Shown: piece by piece, positions 41,062 through 47,559 of the stretch
Numbering within the stretch: the stretch's first letter is position 1
Layout of the letters: every line of letters begins with the position of its first letter
Origin: Polyangiaceae bacterium
GTDB lineage: Bacteria > Myxococcota_A > Polyangia > Polyangiales > Polyangiaceae
Reading direction: 5' to 3'
Assembly: GCA_033763455.1 (NCBI GenBank)
Contig: JANRKO010000019.1
Location: 128,001 to 192,000 of the forward strand
DNA length: 64,000 nucleotides
Made by a program: the position numbers and the translations under genes
The notes under the pieces: model-generated
What the model was told of the DNA's origin: nothing
What the model saw: only the letters and a program-made list of their open reading frames with translations
Database searches by the model: none

Positions 41062-42174
41062 TCATGCGCCACTCTTGCCGTTGGTGAGAAGCTGCGCCGG
41101 GAGCAGTGATTGGAGCCCGTCGGCCCCAACCACCACCTTCACTTCTTGGATGTGCTGAGCGATCTCTTTCATCGCTTCCAGCTCCTTCAAGCGCAAAAGT
41201 ACCGGGTTTGCCTCCATAACCTTGGCCGTGTTCGCCAACGACCGCGTAGCGGCCGTTTCTTCACGACGTAAGATCACGTTGGCCGCAGCTTCCTTTTCGG
41301 CCTCGATCACGCGATTCAACAGGGCTTTCATTTCACCCGGCAAAACCACGTCTTTGACACCCACATGTTCGATCTTGACTCCCAGCGCCGTGGTGCATGC
41401 CGTAACCCGTCGCTCCATGAAGCGTGTCATTTCGTCACGCCCTTCGAGCAATTGATCGAGGGTTACCCCGGCCACGTATTCACGCGCGGCAAGCTGGGCT
41501 GCCGTGTAGACAGAATCCCGTAGGTTCTGCACCTTGGTTGCAACCACCACCGGATCAGAAACAGCGTATTCGGCCGTTAACGTCAAACGCAACGTCACCT
41601 TATCTCGCGTCATCAATTCCTGACCAGCAATGGTTACTTCCTGGCGCCGCATATCCACGACGCCAATCTCGGCCTTGGCTCCAGGGTGCGTCCACAACTT
41701 GTATCGGCCCGGCGGCAACACAGAAACGAAGCGCCCCTGCTCGTAACGCAAGCCCATTTGGTAGGCCAATACCGTTACGTCAATGTACTCATTGGACGGA
41801 ATCAACCGCTCCAACTCTGCCGACATTTCCGGCAAAGGCTGAGTAACATCGAACACCGAAAGCTGCACAGAAGCATCTACGGTCCAATAACGGTGCACCC
41901 CCGGGCGCAAAAATGCCACCGGCACACCATCTTTGAACAGGACACCTCGTTCACCAGAACCAATCACAACCTCACGAAACCAAGCAGAAGGCAGTTTTGC
42001 CCGGACTTCCGGCAGGGCTGAAAACAGCAAAACACTGGTATCGAACCGTTGCTCAGTGAGCCGCAACGACCAAACCCGATAACGGCCCGGGCCAAGTGCA
42101 GCTACAGGTAAGCCGTCCTTGAAAAGAACCACTCGTTCGTTTAACTTCACACGAATCAATTTTGACCACAACAT
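41062..42174 (-). CDS. SPFH/band-7 (slipin family) protein
   Basis: Three ER..LF.DG...L.PG.Y repeats; GQELMTRDKVTLRL; REETAATRSLANTAK..E.NPVLLRLKELE; GAGG SD. Confidence 0.9.
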   Translation of the reverse strand: MLWSKLIRVKLNERVVLFKDGLPVAALGPGRYRVWSLRLTEQRFDTSVLLFSALPEVRAKLPSAWFREVVIGSGERGVLFKDGVPVAFLRPGVHRYWTVDASVQLSVFDVTQPLPEMSAELERLIPSNEYIDVTVLAYQMGLRYEQGRFVSVLPPGRYKLWTHPGAKAEIGVVDMRRQEVTIAGQELMTRDKVTLRLTLTAEYAVSDPVVVATKVQNLRDSVYTAAQLAAREYVAGVTLDQLLEGRDEMTRFMERRVTACTTALGVKIEHVGVKDVVLPGEMKALLNRVIEAEKEAAANVILRREETAATRSLANTAKVMEANPVLLRLKELEAMKEIAQHIQEVKVVVGADGLQSLLPAQLLTNGKSGA

Positions 42175-42189
42175 GGGTCACCTCTTGGG

Positions 42190-42652
42190 TTGATGGACTC
42201 CCACCTTCGGCGTGAGCACCATGCCCGCGCCTTTGGAGATCGTCGATTGCTGGTATTTGCCGATACCGTCGGCTTTCGGCGAGCCCGCCTTTGGCCCTAG
42301 TAGTAGGGAGAACGGGACTCGGAAGATGTGCGGGGGCTCTGCAGACTGCTTGAGCCCGAAATTAGTGGCTCCAGAGGTTCAAAGCCCGGCGCCTAGGTTG
42401 AAGCGCAGTGTGAAGCCGCCGTAGCGGCCTCCGAAACGCTTCTCGCTTGAGCGTCTTGGGTCCGATGATTTGCGCGAAATCACTGCGATCTCACCCGGTT
42501 GCAGTCAGCGGGCGCCGAGGCGATGGCCGAAGCTTGCGAGCGAAATGTACGTGAGTTTGGGCAAAACTCGGGTCCGTTCGCCTTCCCCCAATGGCTGCGG
42601 AAGGGCTTTGAAAACCTCTGGAAACCTGGTGTGAATGCCTTTTTAAGGCCAG
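42190..42652 (-). ncRNA. Putative large structured ncRNA / 5' leader of the slipin gene
   Basis: 18-bp long-range helix (42603-42622 with 42370-42387) plus many hairpins, including GCCGC-UACG-GCGGC; no credible ORF. Confidence 0.55.
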
Positions 42653-42653
42653 G

Positions 42654-42722
42654 CCCTTTGCTCTACCCGATGAGCTACAACTCCGTGAGGAGAAGATCGG
42701 ATTCGAACCGACTACCGAAGGG
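42654..42722 (-). ncRNA. Circularly permuted tRNA-like module (YrlA/Y-RNA-like architecture)
   Basis: CCCTT-CGGTA-GTCGG TTCGAAT CCGAT-CTTCTCC TCAC GGAGTTG-TA-GCTC ATCGGGTA GAGC-A-AAGGG: T arm, closed acceptor stem, D arm, anticodon-like stem. Confidence 0.75.
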
Positions 42723-42724
42723 TT

Positions 42725-42864
42725 CTGCCGTGACAGGGCAGTGTCATCCATGACAAGCATGCTTCCGGGACACAACTACCGGACATCCATCGGTGACTCA
42801 CGAGGAGACCAATGCACGCAGTGTTGCGCCGTTTTGAAGCAAGCTTCGCGGGATTCGAACCCGC
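42725..42864 (-). ncRNA. Rearranged tRNA-Asp(GUC)-like element
   Basis: T arm GCGGG TTCGAAT CCCGC (42864-42848) lies upstream of a D-like hairpin and the anticodon arm CTGCC CTGTCAC GGCAG (42741-42725). Confidence 0.5.
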
Positions 42865-42866
42865 GG

Positions 42867-42940
42867 CACACAAGGCAAGATTCGAACTTGCACTCTACTG
42901 ATATAGAATCAGCGGCCTCTACCTTTTGGGCTACATGTGT
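42867..42940 (-). tRNA. tRNA or tRNA-like gene with CUA anticodon (amber suppressor-like)
   Basis: ACACATG TA GCC CAAAAGGTAGA GGC C GCTGA TTCTATA TCAGT AGAGT GCAAG TTCGAAT CTTGC CTTGTGT G; 6/7 acceptor pairs; no encoded CCA; U37 atypical. Confidence 0.75.
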
Positions 42941-42993
42941 TAATTGGTTGCATACGGTTGGTCCTCTTGCTTTGAATATCGAGCCGGGAAATG

Positions 42994-43025
42994 AAAAAAG
43001 CCGCCGAGGTAACCCTGGGCGGCTT
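42994..43025 (-). terminator. Rho-independent terminator (attenuator)
   Basis: AAGCCGCC CAGG GTTA CCTC GGCGGCTT TTTT. Confidence 0.85.
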
Positions 43026-43050
43026 CACACAGAAACACTGCGTAAACGCC

Positions 43051-43179
43051 CTAGGGGGAGCCCCGAAAATCGCGAAAATTGCCGACTAAGCTGCGCTCGC
43101 GGCGTGCACCACAGACGAAAGCCATGCCAAGATTTGGCAGCTGTTGTGCTGTGATGGTGAAACGGTGGAAGTGCTTCAT
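43051..43179 (-). CDS. Putative leader/attenuator peptide (42 aa)
   Basis: MKHFHRFTITAQQLPNLGMAFVCGARRERSLVGNFRDFRGSP-TAG between promoter and terminator; stop codon lies within the antiterminator strand. Confidence 0.6.
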   Translation of the reverse strand: MKHFHRFTITAQQLPNLGMAFVCGARRERSLVGNFRDFRGSP

Positions 43180-43190
43180 GAGGAGGCCGC

Positions 43191-43218
43191 AGAGTACGGA
43201 TCTAGAAAAACAAGTCAA
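43191..43218 (-). promoter_or_regulatory. Sigma70-type promoter
   Basis: TTGACT-16 nt-TACTCT, ending 11 nt before the leader ATG. Confidence 0.6.
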
Positions 43219-43304
43219 CACAATATCGCTCAGGCGTGTTTTTTTTACGAGGTGACGTTGCTCGCGATCCTCATTTCAAAGCTCCACCATGCAACACAGA
43301 GTCC

Positions 43305-43997
43305 CTAGAGGCGAGCCGTCCAGACGCGTTCAGCGCTGCCGGGGCGAGTCACGAACAAGCGCAGTGTTACCGGAGCCCGTTCACCCATGAGATAAAGCAC
43401 GCGGATTTTGTGCTCCCCGGGAGCCAGCGGGATGCTGCCCATCGCATTATGAGCCTTCCTGCTGTCGTCGTTGTTCACGACTTGGCGGCCATTAATCCAC
43501 AGGATGGCGGCGCCCTGGGTCTTTAACCGAAACTTATAGTTGCCAGCCGCCGAAACGGAGAATCTGCCAGTGTAGTTAATGGCAAACCAGTCGTAGCGCT
43601 CGGCGATTCCTGGGAAACCCGAAAAGTAGCGCTGAGCTACGTCCAAGCTATCCACGAACAAGCGACCTTGCGGGATGCACCGTTCAAGGCGCAGCAAAGA
43701 CACTGTGTTAGGCTTAACAAAGCACACTGTACCCGCGAGCGCTGCTTTGCGGCTGTGGCCAAACAAGGTGCTCCCCGACACCACAGGTACGCGACCACCT
43801 TTGTGACTCGCCCAACGCTCGCCCATGCCAGCGGGCGTGCCGCCTTGCTCGACACCGTACCCGTCCATTCTGTTGCGGCTAGCAGTTCGGATCCGTTCCC
43901 CCAACGACTGACCATGGGCCGCGCCAGCTAAGCTCAGCACTCCAAGTGCCACGCGACTCCCCCACTTCCACAACGTCCCGATCACCATGCGTTTCAC
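43305..43997 (-). CDS. Secreted PA14 domain protein
   Basis: Signal peptide; FAINYTG.F....GNYKFRL...GAAILWING..VV.ND. Confidence 0.75.
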   Translation of the reverse strand: MKRMVIGTLWKWGSRVALGVLSLAGAAHGQSLGERIRTASRNRMDGYGVEQGGTPAGMGERWASHKGGRVPVVSGSTLFGHSRKAALAGTVCFVKPNTVSLLRLERCIPQGRLFVDSLDVAQRYFSGFPGIAERYDWFAINYTGRFSVSAAGNYKFRLKTQGAAILWINGRQVVNNDDSRKAHNAMGSIPLAPGEHKIRVLYLMGERAPVTLRLFVTRPGSAERVWTARL

Positions 43998-44151
43998 TTC
44001 ACTAGCACAAGTGCCCAGTGGACCGCGCCATCAGCTAAGACATGCTGTGGAAACAATTAAGCAAACTGCCCGAAAACCCTAGAGAAATCCTGACATTTCG
44101 AGTGCTGGTTTCCCTTGCTATGCCGGGAGCGGGCGTCTATCTCCGTGACTC

Positions 44152-45603
44152 ATGGATCTCAAACACTACGAAGTGGATCCGAAGAGTTACGACGAAATGT
44201 TCGACGCGAGCGGCGAGGTTCGGCCGGCCTATCGGGAACTTGCGCGGCGGCTCGGCGAAATGTCCGGTGAAGATTTCACCCGGCGGCAACGCACGGCAGA
44301 TATCTTGCTGCGAAACCAGGGCGTCACGTTCACCGTGTACTCGGACGACGCGGGCATTGAGAAGGTTTTTCCGTTCGACCCCATCCCGCGCCTGATGCCT
44401 GCCGAAGAATGGAGCCTGATTGAACGCGGCTTGATTCAGCGCATTGAGGCCTTGAACCTTTTCATTGCTGACATCTATGGGGATCAACACATCCTCAAAG
44501 ACAAAGTGGTTGATCCTGAGCTCATCTTAGGCGCCTCATTTTTCCGCCGTGAGATGATGGGGTTTAGGCCGCCTCGTGGGATCTATACCCACATCACCGG
44601 CACAGATTTAATTCGCGATGCCAACGGAAAATTCGTCGTCCTAGAAGACAATGCTCGGAACCCAAGCGGCGTGAGCTACGTGCTTGAATGCCGCGCAGTT
44701 CTGAAACGTGTCTTCCCGCTCTTGTTCGAAACGTACGGAGTGCGCCCGGTTGAAGATTACGCCAATTGGCTCCGCGACATGATGCAATTTGTAGCGCCAC
44801 GAGGCTCATCCAATCCAAGCATGGTGGTGCTGACGCCGGGCATCTACAATTCGGCGTACTTCGAACACAGCTTTTTAGCCCGCCAAATGGGTGTACCGCT
44901 CGTCGAAGGTCGAGATTTGGTCGTAAAAGATGGAATGGTGTGCATGCGCACGATTACCGGGCTGCAGCGGGTGGATGTTATCTACCGGCGCCTGGATGAT
45001 GACTTTCTGGACCCACTTATCGGTCGCCCTGATTCGGTATTGGGCTGCGCGGGGCTTTTCTCGGCGTATCGCAGTGGGGCGGTGACGCTCGTGAACGCAC
45101 CAGGCACAGGCGCCGTGGACGATAAAGCTGTCTACCCGTTCGTGCCGGACATGATTCGTTATTATCTTAAGAGTGAACCTATCATTGACAACGTTCCAAC
45201 CTATTTGGCAACCCGCCCGGATGAGCAGAAGTACATGCTCGAGAATATCCACGAACTGGTGATCAAACAGACCGACGCTTCCGGCGGCTACGGCATGTTG
45301 ATTGGCACGCACTCTACGGCAGAGGAACGCGAAGACTTCAAACGGCGCATCAAGGCTAAGCCCCGCTCCTACATTGGCCAACCCACTATCAGTCTCGGCA
45401 AACATCCCACAGTAATCGACGGTAAGCTGGAAGGGCGGTGCGTCGATTTGAGGCCTTATGTCCTTTATGGCGAGCGAATTTCGGTCATTCCAGGAGCCCT
45501 CACCCGGGTGGCACTCAGGAAGGGCTCTCTCGTTGTTAATTCAAGCCAAGGTGGTGGCTACAAAGATACCTGGGTGCTCACTGATAAGGGAGGCGCAGCC
45601 TAA
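44152..45603 (+). CDS. Circularly permuted type 2 ATP-grasp protein
   Basis: [52 protein letters not shown]. Confidence 0.93.
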   Translation: MDLKHYEVDPKSYDEMFDASGEVRPAYRELARRLGEMSGEDFTRRQRTADILLRNQGVTFTVYSDDAGIEKVFPFDPIPRLMPAEEWSLIERGLIQRIEALNLFIADIYGDQHILKDKVVDPELILGASFFRREMMGFRPPRGIYTHITGTDLIRDANGKFVVLEDNARNPSGVSYVLECRAVLKRVFPLLFETYGVRPVEDYANWLRDMMQFVAPRGSSNPSMVVLTPGIYNSAYFEHSFLARQMGVPLVEGRDLVVKDGMVCMRTITGLQRVDVIYRRLDDDFLDPLIGRPDSVLGCAGLFSAYRSGAVTLVNAPGTGAVDDKAVYPFVPDMIRYYLKSEPIIDNVPTYLATRPDEQKYMLENIHELVIKQTDASGGYGMLIGTHSTAEEREDFKRRIKAKPRSYIGQPTISLGKHPTVIDGKLEGRCVDLRPYVLYGERISVIPGALTRVALRKGSLVVNSSQGGGYKDTWVLTDKGGAA

Positions 45604-46520
45604 TGTTAAGCCGAGTTGCAGACGCCCTTTATTGGATGAGCCGTTACGTCGAACGTGCTGAGCACGCAGCACGTGTCCTCGAGGTCACACGCCGCATGTT
45701 GATCGACGTTGAGCCCCTCGCCCCTCAAATGGCCAAACGCATTCGGGACGACGCATTTCGCAGCTTGGGCCTTCCGGGCGTCGACTTGCACGGAGCCATC
45801 TTCGACGAATCAGAGCCTGGGTCTATCGCCTCCTCTGTCTTCAGAGCCCGAGAGAATGCTCGTCAGGTGCAGGAGGTTATTAGCTCGGAGATGTGGGGCT
45901 ATATCAACGAGACGCACTGGATGCTCTCGGAGGCCCGTCGGGCGGGGCCTTCGCGTGAGCTGCCAGACCTCTTGGGTGAAGTAGTAAAGGCTGGGTTTCT
46001 TTGGGCTGGGGTTACGGATGCCACTATGGGTCGCGGGCCTGGTTGGTTGTTTATTCGCCTGGGCCAGTTCGTTGAACGAGCGGACCGAACGAGTCGAATT
46101 TTTGCGGCACAATGGGAGGCCATCGAGGAGTTGAGTACTGAGGCCATCCACACCTCGGGCGATCACTTTGCCTGGCTCACATTGCTTCGGAGTTGCGGAT
46201 CGCTTGAGGAGTATAGGAAGCGGTACCCAACACGCATGACAGCACGGCAAGTGGCGGATTTTATGCTGCTAGACGACACCTTTCCGCGCACCGTGCGCTA
46301 CTCAGTCTCAGTTGCGGCCGAATTTTCAAAACGCTTAACCCAGTTCGCAAGCCCCGAACGCGCCCGCGCTGAACGCGCGTTTGGGAGAGTCGCTTCTCGC
46401 ATCGAATACACCACCATCGACGAAGTTATGGAGACCGGCCCAGCTGTGTTCGTGAGAGGCGTTGCAGAAGAGATCTTGCTGGCGACAGCCGAGCTCCAGA
46501 GCGCGTATTTCTTGCACTAA
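45603..46520 (+). CDS. Alpha-E domain protein
   Basis: [35 protein letters not shown]. Confidence 0.92.
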   Translation: MLSRVADALYWMSRYVERAEHAARVLEVTRRMLIDVEPLAPQMAKRIRDDAFRSLGLPGVDLHGAIFDESEPGSIASSVFRARENARQVQEVISSEMWGYINETHWMLSEARRAGPSRELPDLLGEVVKAGFLWAGVTDATMGRGPGWLFIRLGQFVERADRTSRIFAAQWEAIEELSTEAIHTSGDHFAWLTLLRSCGSLEEYRKRYPTRMTARQVADFMLLDDTFPRTVRYSVSVAAEFSKRLTQFASPERARAERAFGRVASRIEYTTIDEVMETGPAVFVRGVAEEILLATAELQSAYFLH

Positions 46521-46529
46521 CGAGGACCC

Positions 46530-47549
46530 ATGCTGCTGTTCATCAAACACCTCACCGAACTCACGTATTCGGAGCCCATCACCGAAACGGTGATGGAAGT
46601 TCGCATGACTCCGCGAAACGATGCCCACCAAGTGCGGCGCGCGTTTCGCCTGGAGGTGGGGCCCAGCGCCACACCTTTCGAACACACAGATTGGCTCGGT
46701 AACCGCGTGCAGCAGTTCTCCATTTTGCCCCCGCACGATAAAGTCGTGATCTTGGCTCGGAGCGTGGTGGATACGCAGCCAAGGCACTCAGTGCTCGCAG
46801 ATGTGAATCGCGGGTCAGTGCCTCCGCTCGACCATCGAATCGGCGACTATTTGCGCTTCACCGGGCCGGTTGTGGACGTTCACAACCTCGACCGTTTGAT
46901 TCAAAATTTGGGGCTCGGGGCACCGGCGTCGCCTGAAGTTATTCTGCAACGAGTCGCGTCAAACCTGCGCGATCACGTGGAGTACCGTAAAGGCGTTACC
47001 ACGAGCGCCACGGCGATCGACAAGGTGCTCGAGCAGCGCGCTGGTGTGTGCCAGGATCTGGCTCACGTGGCCATTGGGATCTTGCGCAAGCTCGGCGTAC
47101 CAGCTCGCTACGTGTCGGGGTATTTCTATCGCGCGGATGGAAACAGCGAGATGGAGAGCCATGCTTGGTGCGAGGCGCACTTCCAGGGCACAGGTTGGCT
47201 CCCGATAGATCCCACCCACAAAACACTGGCGGGCGAAGGGCACGTTGCTATCGCGAGCGGTCGCGATTTCTCTGACGTTTCACCCAATCGCGGCGTCTAT
47301 CGCGGCAAGGGTGAAGAGAGCCTGCGCGTAAGAGTCACCGTGCAAGAGGTGCAAGAGGTACCCGAAGGCTTATTTGCCGTAGGCTCACCCGAAGTCGAGG
47401 TGCAGCCAATTGGAGGAGGCATGCTTCCCACCCACCGCGAAGCTCTCGAATACCAGCAAGAACAGCAGCAACAGCAGCAACAGCAGCAACAAGTACAGCA
47501 GCAACAGCAGCAACAAGTACAGCAACACCAATATTCGGCTGTGCACTGA
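46530..47549 (+). CDS. Transglutaminase family protein with poly-Gln tail
   Basis: GVCQDLAH, HAWCE, IDPT triad; C-terminal Q-tract. Confidence 0.92.
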   Translation: MLLFIKHLTELTYSEPITETVMEVRMTPRNDAHQVRRAFRLEVGPSATPFEHTDWLGNRVQQFSILPPHDKVVILARSVVDTQPRHSVLADVNRGSVPPLDHRIGDYLRFTGPVVDVHNLDRLIQNLGLGAPASPEVILQRVASNLRDHVEYRKGVTTSATAIDKVLEQRAGVCQDLAHVAIGILRKLGVPARYVSGYFYRADGNSEMESHAWCEAHFQGTGWLPIDPTHKTLAGEGHVAIASGRDFSDVSPNRGVYRGKGEESLRVRVTVQEVQEVPEGLFAVGSPEVEVQPIGGGMLPTHREALEYQQEQQQQQQQQQQVQQQQQQQVQQHQYSAVH

Positions 47550-47559
47550 GCCTTATCCC

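Noticed and set aside
42749..42760. 12-mer ATGCTTGTCATG shared with the 55775/55857 repeats
   Set aside because: Too short; a chance match is plausible in 64 kb.
42867..42940. tRNA-Pyl / genetic code reassignment
   Set aside because: The structure lacks tRNA-Pyl features (it has a canonical TTCGAAT loop and a GG D loop); no pyl genes; conserved genes end normally at TAG.
42212..43154. Short ORFs in the track (42212, 42491, 42499, 42741)
   Set aside because: No protein-like features; they overlap tRNA-like structures and the terminator.
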